From Podospora anserina (lineage: Eukaryota): DNA of 64,000 nucleotides. The stretch spans positions 4,340,001 to 4,404,000 of the forward strand of contig CM030332.1 in the NCBI GenBank assembly GCA_017654855.1. The letters run 5' to 3'. A program made the position numbers and the translations under genes. This document shows, piece after piece, positions 42,192-57,357 of the stretch. Every line of letters begins with the position of its first letter. The first letter of the stretch is position 1. The notes beneath the pieces are model-generated. The model saw nothing but the letters and a program-made list of their open reading frames with translations. It ran no database searches and was not told where the DNA came from.

Positions 42192-43782
42192 ATGTTGTCT
42201 GATCTTGACCCTCGAGGGGTTCGGCTTTTTGTGCTTCAAATTACATTCCTCGCACTTGTCTATATTTTCGTTTCTCTTCGAATTCTCGTTAAATCTTTGA
42301 CTATCAAGAAGATATCACTAGACGATTGGTTGATATTTGTGGCTGTGGTACGTCGATAAGTGCCAAACCACCACCCACTCTTGACGAAGTGATAACAGTT
42401 ATTTTCTGTAGATTGTTTACACCACTCATACAACCATCACCGTATGGGGCATCGTTAACGCAAGCGAGGAAGGAGTTAAGGACTTCGTCAGGGGCGAAAA
42501 CATTGCTCTACACTCCTGGTTCCTCAACGAAGCTCTCTACGCGCCGTTGTCAGCACTCATTCGAAGTTCAATCGCCGTCTTGCTGCTTCGCATAGCCACC
42601 GACAAAATCCACAGAAACATAATATACGTAAACCTGGCCTTTACTTGGACCATTACCGCCATCTACTTCTTCATCGTTATCTTCCAATGCTCACCCTCTT
42701 CATATTTCTATGATCAAGTCCTGGATCCATCCGGCGGGAGCTGGTAAGTCACAAATTCTATCAAACAAACCATGTACTCCTGTAGTCTCACAAAAAGGGG
42801 TTGCCAAGCATCGACAAAAACGTCGTCCCGCGCGTGACCATCGCCCACAGCATCGTCAACGCCGTAACCGACTTCATTCTGGCCTTCCTTCCCATTGCCA
42901 TCCTTTGGAATGTCAAACTCAACAAGCGTACCAAGGTTGGAGTGGCAACTCTTCTCGGAATGGGCGTACTCGCGGGGATATGTCTGATAGTCCGTATCCC
43001 CTACGTCAAGTTCATACCCGTTTCTGATCCTGAGTTTCTCGAACAAACAAAGTAAGCTTCAAGTTCTCCCTCGCCATCTTTACAAACAAGTCTGACACCA
43101 GCGCAGTGGTACCGCCTTCTGGAGCGTAATGGAAACTTCTCTCGGTATCATCGCCAGCTGCGCAGCCACGCTTCGCCCTCTTATGTGCGGATTTGGACCA
43201 AGGCGAACCCCCTGGCGCCAGGGCAGCCACCACAATAAACCCATGTCCCGATCTCGATCCAAGAAAGACAGAGCTTCCAGCGCAGCAAACTCCACGCCCC
43301 AGAATCGCGCCAGGATAATTACGCTAGTCCAGTCCCAGAATCTCCGAGAGACAAAGGACGACTACCCCCTCCCATACCAATCCATCTCCCTGAATGATAT
43401 CTACAGTCCAGTACATTTGCCTCACGACGCACAAATTCGTGAGACCGATTCTCCCGACTTTGAACTGGCCATGCAAATGCCGGATCCCGACCCTAACCCC
43501 ATGCGGTACTCGAACCATCATGAGCATGGATATCCACATCATTACGAATCGAGGGGTCCGGGAAGGCTTTGGGACAGGAAGCGGACAATAAGTGCGACCT
43601 CGATGTACTCTCCAATGTCAGGTGGTGTCAGAATCAAAACTAGTATTGAGATCACGAGAGAGACTCATTCGCCCGAGGGAAGGGAAACGCCTCAGGACTC
43701 CCTCAACTTCCCAATTTACGGTGAGCAGGTGGTCACGATCAACGGCCCAAAAGGGCCGCGTAGATGTAGGTCTGCTCAGTGA
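42192..43782 (+). CDS. PTH11-like (fungal rhodopsin-domain) integral membrane protein without CFEM
   Basis: LRILVK..LDDWLI, IRSSIAVLLLRI, IFQCSP, DFILAFLPI, ETSLGIIASCAATLRPL; three introns. Confidence 0.85.
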
Positions 43783-44025
43783 AGTTGTGGTGAGAGGTAT
43801 CATTGTATACGGGGTCTACCTATTTTTGGAGAATGACAACATATGTTTCTCCGCGAAAGTGTTAAAATCGTACCATCCCGCTAGCAGGGGCAGGAAATAG
43901 GGAAAAGAAAAAGTAAGAACGAAGGAAATTGACGTAAAAACCACAATCAAGTGCAGATTTTACCAACATAGCATGCCGACATGTAGTTGTATCAGAAGTC
44001 AGGCAAAAGATGCAACGCTCCCCGG

Positions 44026-44663
44026 TCAAGAATCCGGCGCCGGCTCCCATGTCTTGTTCCCGAGGAAACTGTAACAGCCAACAGCCCCATTCGAGTCATA
44101 GAGTGTGGTGTCTGGAATCTTCTGTTAGTAAAGTCAACTGGCGTCACTTGTGACAGAAGACCCTTACTCAAGTCGAGCGTTGAGTTAGTGTGCCCGCCGT
44201 TCATATCCCAGCACAAACAACTCAAATACAGCGACTTGTCATGAATAAAGGTACAGTTCTCGCATGATCCGGAGTAGTTCCCACTGTCCTCGAGTTAGGG
44301 AGACTGCTTTCTTGGAGGGGACCAAGAGACGTTTCACTCACTTCTCATATACTACAAGCTGTCCAGCATTGTTTCCCGCGCAATGATCCAAGTCCAGCCT
44401 GACGTGACGTGTTATCAGTATGCCTCTCTTTTGGAGCCACCGGAGAGAGGGACGAGCACTCACATGCTGTAATTGAATCCGTAAATATCAACATCGTCGT
44501 TGAGACAATAGACACCAATCCAGTGATGTTTGTCGGTCAGGTTGGCGCCTGCATAGGCGCAGTCATGGGTGAAGCCACCTTCGCTCGAGGTCAACAAGGG
44601 GAACACGAGGCCCAGAAGAAGAACGGTGGCGGTCAAAACGGGATACGCGGAGAAGGTGCCCAT
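44026..44663 (-). CDS. Small secreted cysteine-containing protein, cyanovirin-N homology (CVNH)-like
   Basis: Signal peptide; spliced GGFTHDC..LDLDHCAGNNAGQL..GNYSGSCENC..LSCLC..STLDLNTTLYDSNGAVGC; three introns. Confidence 0.7.
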
Positions 44664-45701
44664 GTTGTCAGATTCTGAGGCTGCTCCGGTGCTTTTGAAA
44701 CTCTGACGACGCGATGGTATAAGTCGAGGTGGGTTGGCAGAGCTCTGCGGGAGCTTGGGGGCCACTCACTCTGGTGACGGCAAGTGTAAACAATGAGGAG
44801 GTAGATGAGAGCAAAAGGGCAGATACTAGTACGAGAAATATCTTGAAATAGCCACAGTGTCGAAACTAAAATGCCTGGCCGGCCGCAACGAAACCACCTA
44901 CTCGGATAAATCAAGGAAGGTGGAGACTTACAAAGTGGTGGGCAGCATGGTTCATGATCGAAAATGGAAAGAGCAACATCCCCAGGGGCAGGCACTCTAC
45001 ACAAGTTCAATATCCACCCACGTCACGACCCAGGGAGCTGAGATTAGCTGGGCCAGCTCGGTGTTACGGAAAAGCCCGCAAACTTGCTAGATCAAACACA
45101 GGACCGGAAGCCATGGACCTTCTTTGACCTCATGCTTCCAGGCTCCTACTGCAGTCGTCAACAAACCATCTCTCGTCCTTTATCCCGCTCCTTCCCAGAT
45201 CATCGTTACGGACGAATACTCCCGCCCGGACCTCTTATAACCGACGACTACCTGCAAGAGCTCTGAAGCAAGCCAAGTGCTTTCCTGATTTGGCCGACCA
45301 GGGGTCCTGCCATCGACGGTCTTTGTCCCCAATGTCTCTCAAAGGTGTCTGTGGGATATTGATAGGTAGGCAAAGCTGACCAAGAGGCTGAGAACCTCAC
45401 TTCCACTGCAGCATTCAGGGTCTTCCACAAGACATTCTTGACATCTGCAACACCGCTGGAGCAGCACAGCAGAAAAGCCGAACCCGTTTGCTGCACGTTG
45501 TACCGACTTCTTGCACTACACATGACCTGCATGGATATCGGCGTGATGTCCATATTTGTGAAATCGGTTGTTTTCATACTTCATAATTTACGAGTATGAA
45601 ATATTTATTTAGAATAGGAAGAGTACGGCCTGAGGATCAACATGGTACATTGCATGAGGGCTTGATGTGCTACATCAAAATGTATAAGCTACGTATCTTG
45701 T

Positions 45702-47494
45702 TCATGAAGGTGCCTGCTGCATAGCTCCTGCTGAAGATTCCGAGTTCAGTATCACCAGACTCCCATTATCATCATACCCAACCCGGCCCTCGTCCACTGC
45801 TCTTCGCAACTCCGCACGAAGAGGCTCTCGATCACCCGTTACCGGGTCCCATTCCCATCCTTCCCGCATCCTGCAACCAAGCTCAAGTCAGCAAAACTGT
45901 TCAGGTCGGGCCTCGCTAGGGAATTGCCCTCTTTCCTACCCGTGTGTGACACAGAACCCCCAGGTCACAAACAACACAGGAAAACAAGAGAAGGAATAAA
46001 GTATAACGTACCACATCCATCTCAAACAAGCTCTCAGCTCCTTATCCTTGGGTAGCACTCTCATCCACTCCGGCTGGAACCCTTCCCCTCGTCCCCCCTT
46101 CCCAGTCCAATCCTCCGCCCGACCGAGTAGCTCATCCCTACAAAATATCCTCCACGAGTCCAACGTATACGCACCCTGCGTCAAATGCCCAATCTCCCAA
46201 GCCTGCCCTATCGCCCGTTCCCTTCTATCCTTTACCATATCCATCACATCAAGCCCCCCTCCACCATCCCCATTAAAATTACCATTGTCAAAATCCTCGG
46301 CTCCAAAAACCTCCCCAGCTGTAACATTCCTACCATCCTCGACCGAAGGATAGTTCCTCACCCCATACCTTCTCTCCCTCACCGGCGGGTTCTCCACAAA
46401 CCCCCTTGCATACTTTTGTATGATGGCATACCTGTGCTCCGACAACCCCAGCGGCTTGATCAACTCCACCACCTCATTCTTATTCTCCTCCTTTGCCAAC
46501 TCTTCCGGCGTCGGAAACCGTCTGACCAACTCCCAAAACACGGGGATGGCGATCCTCCCAGCGGTTTTGATCAAAAAAGTCACGGCGACCAACAGGTGAA
46601 AAGGGGAGTGTGCTAGCTCTTCCTGAATGAGACCAAACTTTGAGGCGCCCAACGGTGGGATTGGGAGGCTGGATACCACGCCGGGAGGCGGTTTTCGGAG
46701 GGGCCGGTTTGGAGTTGGGGGGCGGTTGATGAGCGGTGTTTCTTGTTGCTGGACTTCTTGTCTTTCTTGGACAAGCTCTTGTGACGGTGGTGGACTTGTG
46801 CTAAAAAAGGGGGAGGTTTTAGTTCTGCTCGTTGCCTTGATGGCTTGTTCGGTTCGGGTGCGCGCGCGGTGGCGAGGTGATGATGGGTTGGAATGGATGG
46901 GTTTGGAATCGGTGTGAGGTAAACCAGGTTTATGGCCTGGAACAGGGCCGTGGGAGGGAAGAGGAGGATAGAGTAGCGAGTGGACTTCACGATGCTGGGG
47001 AAGGTTGTTACCTAAGTCGATGCCTGGAATTGTCGGGAACGGCACGGGCGTCTGGCGAGCCATAGCCGGCGCCTCTTGCTTCAAGTTTTTTCTTGGGAAT
47101 GAGGGGACAGGGACAGTTGTTTCTTTAGACGCTGAAACAGCTTGACAGTCTGAGGAGGAAGGCATAGCTGTTTTGGAGGTGATCCCAAGATCTTTTTGGA
47201 GTTCTTGAACGATTTTGTCGAACCGTTCAAAAGGGGCCGATAGCTCCTCACGCAACTTATTCGCTAGCTCGTCGAACTTGACAAACGCCTGGAAAGATGA
47301 TGCCGGGGCTGGGGCTGGCTGAAGTTAGCATGTTTGCTACTCGATGCATTTGATGTAAACTTACCCGAAGAGCTAACCGCGCCATTCATATCCTCGTCAC
47401 CATCCCAAAAGTGAGAGGTATGCTTTGACGATTGTTTTGCCTTGTTGATTTCCTTCTTCTGCTGCACAGTGGCATCTGAATACTGAGGTGCCAT
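45702..47494 (-). CDS. HhH-GPD DNA glycosylase, MBD4-like
   Basis: FGLIQEELAHSPFHLLVAVTFLIKT..FPTPEEL..GAYTLDSWRIFC..PKDKELRACLRWMW; introns ~47364-47320 and ~46011-45872. Confidence 0.8.
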
Positions 47495-48249
47495 TGTTGT
47501 CTCTTTATTGCCACGCATCAAAGTAGTATTCTGCTGCTTCTTGAAGGTGTTAGAGGGGGCTTGTCCCAAGGCAAAAGCTTGCTGCCGAGATCCTTGAGAC
47601 TGGTCGGTATGAAAGACTAAACCCGAAAGCACCTCGTCTGCTATGACAAGTTCGCTTGGTGAGTGCAGCAGTTGATTATTATTGATTGGGATTTTTCTGG
47701 CTGTGGTGACTTGAGGATCCGTTTTGGAACAATGCCCAGCGTGGGTATACCAGTCAGTATTAGGTGGGCAGTAAGAGGGAATAATTGGTGGAGAGAAACA
47801 GATCGAGTGTTGATTCTCGTCACGTAAAAGAACCTACATAAACAAAACAAAGTGAGGTCGCCGGTCACAAGAGGGTTCGCCGAGCCAACTTGATTAGTGT
47901 CGTCGATGCGGGTCTACGTGGGGGGGTGGTATCACTTTATCTTGGTGCATCATCTCAACCGTCAACATGGGTTAAACCACCAGAAACACATATTTCCTGT
48001 CATCATCAACCATTTTGGTCCTGCCAAACTCTAGACCACAATGCTGAACGACAAGGAAAGTCTAGCTGTATTGAGACCAAGACATTTGATTTACACACCA
48101 TCACACTTCCCCGCTGCTCCATCTTCCTCTGAGGCCTTTTCCTTCCCTTCCTTTTCGTCTACGCGATACATAGGGATCTGGGAGACCGTAGCAGTATATG
48201 ATACAAACAATAGAGGCAAAGCTTCATTTTCCTGTAGCCTCGCTTGAAT

Positions 48250-49626
48250 TTAGCGGCGGATGTTGGTCTTGCCCTCCTTGGGAGGATCGTAGACAATCTT
48301 TCTCGACTTGAGCCAGGCCCACTTGTACCGCTTAACCCAGACGCTCATGGCGAACAGAACAGATGTGATCGCCAGAACCTTCATACCCATGCGCTTGCGG
48401 TCATCCATCTCGGGCTCAGCAGCCCAGTTGAGGAACTCGGTAACGTCCTTGGCCATCTGGGAAGTTGTCGCAGGGGTATCGTCCTCATACTCGACCAAGC
48501 CATCGTACAAGACACGAGCCATGGCAATACCGGTACCGGGGAAGTAGGGGTTGAAGTTGAGACCAGCGCCGACCTGGGCGCCGGCAGGGGGCTCATCGGG
48601 GTAGCCGGTGAGGAGGTTGAAGATGTAGTCGCAGCCACCGTGGCGGGCCTTGACCATCAAGCTGAGATCGGGAGGAAGGGCACCGTTGTTGGCGAAACGG
48701 GCAGCCTCATCGTTGGGGTAAGGAGAGGGGAGGTAGTCGGACAGCTTGCCGGGGCGCTTCTCGATCTCACCCTGGTCGTTGGGCTCGGTGTCGTACTCGT
48801 TCTCCTCAGCCAACGCCTTGGCCTCGTCAACGGTCAGGATGGTGCCGACCAGGGAGCGGTAGGGCACTCTGCTGAGAGAGTGGCACGAGGCGCAGACCTC
48901 GCGGTAGACCTGGAAACCTCTCCGGAGACTGTGTGCGAGCAAGACATCCCATGTAAGCCATGCTGTCGGAGCTAGTAGGGACAGGGGGTGGATGGTGGGG
49001 GGTTGGAGAGCTTACGCTTGGTGGTCAAAGGTCTTGAACCATTGGTTGTGAACCCAGGGGTACTTGGTGGGATGGAGACTATGTCGCCAGTAAGCTTCGC
49101 GATCTTGTATCCCAACTCGTGGTGCCGTAATGTCCAAGCCGGTCGAATATGCCTCAAACATGAGACGAATAACCTCGGCCCCCACGGCAACACGGGTTGG
49201 CCCCTCCGATCAACCACTCACCCTTCCTCAGCAGGCGTCATGGCATGAGAGTTGCCATAGAGATGGTAATACCAGCCGACAGAGCCGGCAGCAACGGCGG
49301 TGGCAGCGGCGGCGGCGATGTTCAAGCGGAGCGGCGACTCGGCAGTCGATCCGGAGCTCGAGGAAGCGGCGCGCTGGGAGACGAATACGATTAGCTTCCA
49401 GCGGGCCACATAACAGCTTCGTCCTCGTCCGGGTCGATGGCCGGGGCTTCCCTCGTCGGGACAATTGGAGGAGGCGGCGGTTCGGCGGGCGATGTCGTCG
49501 GTGCCATGTCATACCACCACGGGACCTGGCACTTGTCTTGGGCAAACATACCTTGGTAATCTGCACGGCGCCATTTCTCGCGCTGGCGAAGGCGCGCATC
49601 GGGCGCACACAGGACCTCGCAAGCAT
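48250..49626 (-). CDS. CYT1: Cytochrome c1, mitochondrial
   Basis: Presequence [32 protein letters not shown] heme motif, C-terminal TM; three introns. Confidence 0.97.
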
Positions 49627-50147
49627 GGTGGGCACACCTTGCGGAGCTTAGGGGGGTATCGTGGGTGATCTGACAAGGCAATTGGCCTGCCAATGTCGGT
49701 GTTTTGAGGTTGGTGGCTCGGGCTGGTGATGGTCGACGCAGTCAGGATTCTCAAATTCGGGATTCTTAGGAACTCTGGCTGTCTGATTGGCCGGCCAATC
49801 ACAGCAGTGCTGACGGCCTATCAATTTTTCCGCCAGCCTTTCCTCGCCCGGCTGCGGGTGCTATGGGCTTGGCTTGTGCAATTCAGTCCCCAAGCTCCCA
49901 CTCCGTACCCACCGTCTTTCCTGGATGGGGCTTCAAACATCAAACATCAGACATCAACGTCAGAGGTCATGACTTGGACAGAGAATATCCGTACCGATAC
50001 CGCCGCATTCATCATTCACACCCAGGATATCACTAAACACAACTACTTTTCCTGTACACTTGAAACGCCAAAAACGCCCCATATCAAAAACCAACGCCTT
50101 TTCCTTGTATACAAAGCTCCATTTTAAACCCTTCAACCGCTCTCAGC

Positions 50148-51448
<1,301 letters not shown>

Positions 51449-52116
51449 GATGGATGACTGCGCTTTGTGTCTGTCTCTCAAATGGTCCGGTTCAATTGGT
51501 GAGAAAAAAAGGGTGAAACTTGACACAGGCTAGAAGATATTTTGCAGAGGAAAGATTGTCTTGCAGAGCAAAGGGTGCATGAATCTTTTTTTCGCCGGTG
51601 GCGGTCAAAGAGCTCGAGGTCAATTCAACTACTCCCCTCCCATAGAGTTTTGAGAGGGGCAAACCCCAATGAGTCAAAGTGGGGCAATATGCTATGTACC
51701 GTTTTCTGACTTACAAGCCATCAGAAGAGACTCGGCTTATCCTAGCATCGCTTCTGCATTCGACAAAGAACTACGTCAAAGACACTGGGCCCTGAGTTGG
51801 CTTTGGTTCACCCACAGGTTTCTGACACGCGAGTGAAAGGCACAGAGCCATCAACAATGGGGGAACCAGAGAACAGCAGGGTGAAATGTGTGTAATTCAC
51901 CTCCAGGCATTGGTCCTTCAGAGGTCTCGAAAGGGTGGTTCAACATGACCCCACCCACATCGCTTCCAAGGTCTTGAACTGCAGGCAGGCAGGAGCTCGA
52001 AACAGGTTCCACTCGCCGACGTCGGACCTGGAATTCTATCGTCTTGCTGGGAACATCCCGCCCAACGACATGCTAACTGTACAGGTACGGATGCCCCGAC
52101 TTCTGAACTCACCATC

Positions 52117-53011
52117 TCAATCCGTTTTGATGGGATGAAGAGCTTCCTTCTTGAACTGTTCAATACCGTTGATCTTACCGTACAGCCACTTTAGAGCCAG
52201 TGTGCTCGTCGTCATGAGCCCGGCTGAGACTGAAAAGAGAATCACTCGCTGCCAAGTTTTGAGCAGCTCAAACATGGGATACGGGTACCTTCACGACATG
52301 GTCAGACAAGAGCAACACAGAAGTCATTGCAACAAGGCTTTGCCTGTGTCTGCAGAGTTACCGTACCATCCGTTTTGCTCAAAGCAATATTCAACCCACC
52401 CCCAGTATAGAAATGCCAAGCAGGTACTGAGAGCCATAGCACTGTAAACTCTGATGGTCCAAGGAGGACTGAGTAGTATCAGATCCATCGTTAACATGAC
52501 GGCTGGCATCGCATGAAATCCACTGTGAAAGTTGGAGTTAGCTTGGACATTTCAATGGGTCGTGGGCACTCTCACAAATCTGGGAGGAATGGAAGTGCGA
52601 ACTCTGGTGGGAAAAGGAGGGACTTGTCAATGGCACTTATGCTCCAGTACAGAATGCTGATCAGAACCTCCAAGGGTGTTGAACACACTGAGAGAACATT
52701 TTTGATGCCAAAGAGCCGAGGGCTCAGAGTGAGATCGGCCAACAGGCCAAAGGCAAACGTTGCCGTCGCTAAAGCGAGCCCAATGATGGCTGTTCCCCTT
52801 GTCAGTCTTTTCCCTTTTCATCCTCTTGTGTGGAACGTAATGTACTGAGAAATTGAAAGTCACCACCAAACCCGAAGTGAATTTCGGTTGGGAACTGCTG
52901 AAGGTACCAAAAGCTGCACGAGTATGACAAAAGACCGATGGCATGTACAAGGGCTGAGAAGCTCCGGGAAGGCGAGGAGAGCCGTTGTAAAGGGTGGGGT
53001 TGGTTTGCCAT
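52117..53011 (-). CDS. FAR-17a/AIG1-like membrane protein
   Basis: HPLQRLSSPSR..FGGDFQFL, PLEVLISILYW, FHAMPAV, WVEYCFEQNGW/YPYPMF; three introns. Confidence 0.8.
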
Positions 53012-53629
53012 TCCGTACCTATTTGAGCGGGTGAGCAAGATGCACGGTTGAAATTAAATGCCCTCTGACCTCGGTATTCCTTAGAGGCCTCTTCCTTATA
53101 TTTATCGAAATGTGGATCGAAGCAAGAAAGAGGTGATCAAAGAGTGTGTGATGGACCCTCTCTACGTCATCGATTTCGATCAGAAAAGACCCAGGGGGAT
53201 AGGCAAACGGAAGGTACTCGCAAAGGAGTGGTAGTAAAACAGATTTAACTGCCAGCTACCGAACGAAAGTGTACAACGATATAACGGATGAATACAAGCA
53301 GAGCAGATGCCATGAACCATAGGGTCAACGTTCACAAGTCATAGTGCACCTCATGTCCGCGGTTATCGGCCATGACCTTCAGCAAGTCAGGGGTGCCCTT
53401 AGCGTTGTGAGCTTCCCCACGGCTTCCAAAGCCTCTAGCGCCTTGGCACAAACCCCCCACCTCCATCGTCTGGCGGGACGAAGCGATGCCCGATTTGGAT
53501 GCGCGTTCGACGCAAGTGTTCGCGTTCTCCAGAAATTGTTAACCACCATACTGGCTTGGCTATATCATCGCCATCACCATCGCCATCAGACGTCATCCCT
53601 GGGGAGGAACTCCCATACGACATTCCAAC

Positions 53630-55634
53630 ATGGCGGACAACACCAACGATGAGGACTTGAAGTCCAACAAGCGCAGCCATGCAGAATTCACAGAAAATGA
53701 TGGTTCCGGTGAGTGTTGCCCTATTTATTTTCCACAGCCACTGCTTCCTTTGCGCTTGCTAACAGTGTCTTTCAGATAGCTCTTCAGACGATGACATGGG
53801 ACCGCAGTTGCCGTCCGCCTCAGCGCCCAAAAAGAAGCGCCGTGTTCTGCCATACGAAAAGCTCTACATCTCAGCCCTCCCCAAGTCGACCCGTTACTCC
53901 AAGTCCCTGATGCACAAAGAGCAGTTGGCATTTCTCACCATGACACCTCTGACCGAGTTCCTCATAACATCGTCTGTGGATGGCGTAGTCAAGTTCTGGA
54001 AGAAGGTCGCCGACGGCATCGAGTTCGTGAAGGAGTTCAAGGCCCACCAGGGGGAGATCCGCTCTGTTTCGACCAGCGCAGATGGGAGGAGTTTTGCAAC
54101 TGCCGGCCCCGACAAGACGGTGAAGCTGTTCGATGTCATGACATTTGATCTGTTAGCTGTTATCCAGCTAGAGTATGTGCCGCGGTGTGTATGCTGGGTT
54201 CACAAGAAAGGCGCTTCTCTTCCTCTGCTAGCCATATCCGATGATAGCCAAAAGCCTGGCATCCACATCTACGACGGACGGGGTGAAAACCTGACCCCTA
54301 TTCATACCATCACCGGTCTTCACCGCAGCCCCGTCTCCCTGATGGCTTTCAACGACCATTACGACTGCGTAATATCGGTCGATGAGGGAGGCATGATTGA
54401 ATACTGGCAGCCCGGAGGATCTTATCAAAAGCCTGACAACGTCTTTGAGTACAAGAGCTCAACGAATCTGTTTGACTTCAAGAAAGCAAAATCCATACCG
54501 ACCTCGCTCACGCTATCGCCAGATGGGAGTCGCTTCGCCACAATATCCTTCCCTGACAGGAAAATCCGCCTCTTCGACTTTGCCTCAGCCAAGCTTCAAC
54601 GCACCTATGATGAGTCCCTTCAGGTCATTGAGGAAATGCAACAAGCTGGAACAGCGATACAGAAGCTTGATCCAGTCGAGTTTGGTCGCCGGTTAGCAAC
54701 GGAACGGGAAATCGAATCCCCAGCTCTCCGCGACAAATTCAACCTCATCTTCGATGAATCTGGTCACTTTCTCCTCTATGGCTCTTACCTGGGTGTCAAG
54801 GTGCTCAATACATTCACAAATAAAGTGGTAAAAGTGTACGGCCGGGAGGAACATTATCGTCCACTAGCACTGGCCCTCTACCAGGGTCAGCCTCAGAAGA
54901 AGGGGGTCACTACGATAGCCATGGCGGCATCCAGCAACCCGCTTCTTCAAGAATCCGAAACAAGGGATCCCATATTGATCACCACGGGCGTGGGCAAGGT
55001 CCGGTTTTACATGTTCACCAATGACGAGGAATTCTCCAAGTCAACCAGAGATGTTCAAAACGAGAAACCCACGATTCTAGGGGCAAAGAAGACGGAGCAA
55101 AAGAAGGTCGCCGAGACGGGCACATCGGCGGTCATCCACACCACATACGGTGATATTCATATTCGACTCTTCCCGGATGCAGCTCCCAAGGCCGTGGAGA
55201 ACTTCGTGACGCATTCAAAACGCGGCTACTACAACAACACCATCTTCCATCGTGTGATTCGTAAGTTTATGATTCAGGGTGGTGACCCTCTGGGAGATGG
55301 AACCGGTGGTGAAAGTATCTGGGGGAGAGAGTTCGAGGATGAATTTAGCACATTGAAACACGACAAGCCATACACGGTTAGTATGGCGAATGCTGGCCCC
55401 AATACCAACGGGAGCCAGTTCTTTATTACCACTGAGAAAACAGTATGTTGTAATGCAACCCCTTTCTTTTGGCAAATTGGTACTGACTGAAGACAGCCAT
55501 GGCTTGATAACAAGCACACGATATTTGGACGCGCCGTTCAAGGTCTTGATGTCATCCACAGGATCGAAAATGTCAAGACCTACAAAGAGAAACCAGCGGA
55601 GGACATCAAGATTGTCAATATTGACATTTCGTAG
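53630..55634 (+). CDS. cyp15: WD40-repeat cyclophilin (PPWD1/Cyp15)
   Basis: [10 protein letters not shown]40 region followed by [43 protein letters not shown]; introns ~53709-53776 and ~55443-55496. Confidence 0.92.
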
Positions 55635-55720
55635 CACCATGGGCAGGAATGAGCCAGCGGCTGAATGAATGCGAATTGCCGATCGGCCCATGAGGAGCGG
55701 CACCTTTTGTATTCACCTGC

Positions 55721-57357
55721 CTAGAGCGATGTTTTGACATCACCGCCGTAGCTTATCTTTCTGAGCATGCTCCTGTTGAGCTCACCCACCGTTTGCACCC
55801 CGAGGAGTCCCATAGACTGGTCCACGTCAGCCAAAAGCGAAGCCAGCACATGCTTGGCTCCCTCTGTCCCTGCAATTCCAAGACCATATATCACCGGTCT
55901 GCCAACCAGGACCGCCTTTGCCCCCAAGGCCAGTGCTTTCAGAACATCCACCCCTGTACGGATTCCAGAGTCGAACATGACAGTCAAGCGGTCCCCAACG
56001 GCGTCTACAATTTCTGGGAGCATCTCCAAACTAGGCACCGCCCCATCCAGCTGCCTCCCTCCGTGATTGCTCACGATAATCCCGTCAACTCCACTTCTCG
56101 CCGCCAACACTGCATCCTCCACGCTCAGCACCCCCTTGAGCACAATCGGCCTGTCCCCCCACAATTTTCTCAAGGTGGCAAGGTCCTCCCACTTGTGCGC
56201 GTGCCCCGAGAAGACCTCCCCGGCCCAATACCGGCTCGCAGCAATGATGTTGTCCTCCACCTGGGCCTCGTTTTCGCCGGTGCTAAACTTGTCAGAAAAC
56301 TTCTGCCGAAACACCGAGTCACTGAATCCGACGGCATTGCCCTCCCCGACGGCAAAGGGGAGGAACCCTGTGTCGAGGTCGAGGGGCCGCCAGCCCATGG
56401 TGAAGGTGTCCAGTGTTACGACCAAGACCTCACAGCCAGCTACCCGAGCTCGGGAGAGCAAAGAGGCGGTGATGTCATCGTCGACGGGCCAGTAGAGTTG
56501 GAACCACCTGGACGGCTTGGGATCAGGGACTAGGGTGGAAGCGGACGAGGTTGGCGGTCTGGCTGGTCCTGGGTCTTTTCCTTCTGCTGATGCTGATGCT
56601 GATGCTGCCGTTGCGGGATCATCCGCCGGCGCCGGTGGGGCGGGCTCTTCTGTTTCTGGTGAGGGCGGGCTGGGGCCTCCTGTGTCCTCTAGAGCCGCGA
56701 CGATCTCCTCTAGGGGGGTGCTGGATGCGGTGCTGTAGATGAATGGGACGTTGAGGGCGGCGCAGGCTTTGGCGACGCCGGTTTCTGCGTCGGGGTGGTA
56801 GGCTGATTGCACGCCGATGGGGGCCATGAGGATGGGGGAGTCTGGTGTCTTTTGTTAGCTGATGTTGTTTTTCTTCTGCCTTGGCCTCATGAAAATCCCA
56901 TCGCTGTGGTGTGTGAAGAATGAGAATACATACCATATGTCTTGCCAAACAGCTTCACACTTAGATTGCGAGGCAGTGTGTCTCTCAACATACGGGGTAT
57001 GACCTTCCACTGCCGGAAAGCCAGCCGGTTGGCGTGCATCGTCGCTTGCTCGCCTGCCCCTCCGAACACATAGTTGAATCCCTGGGGGCTCATCGCCTCC
57101 CGGGCTTGCTGTTCAAGTTTGTCGGGATCGGTGGTGGTGACGGGCTTCTTCCCCGCCGTTAGGGCTTGAAAGTAAATGTCGATTTGGTACTGGCCATAGG
57201 GGATCTTGTTGCTGTTGCTGGCGACGACAGTGGTGGTGGTGTTGTCGTTGTTAGTAGGGGCGGTGGAGCGTGGTGTCTTATCTCTTATGTTAGCGTTCAG
57301 GTTGTTTAAGTTGGGTCTGTCGGCTTCGTCGCCGTTGCTAGATCTGGGACGGTTCAT
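55721..57357 (-). CDS. FMN-dependent alpha-hydroxy acid oxidase (lactate 2-monooxygenase-like)
   Basis: YVFGGAGE, MAPIGVQ, WFQLYW, VLKG, VSNHGGRQLDG, DSGIRTG; one intron ~56932-56843. Confidence 0.92.

Noticed and set aside
47255..47632. Apparent premature TAG upstream of the MBD4-like ORF
   Set aside because: The two ORFs are in different frames and are joined by an ordinary GTAAGT..CTAAC..CAG intron
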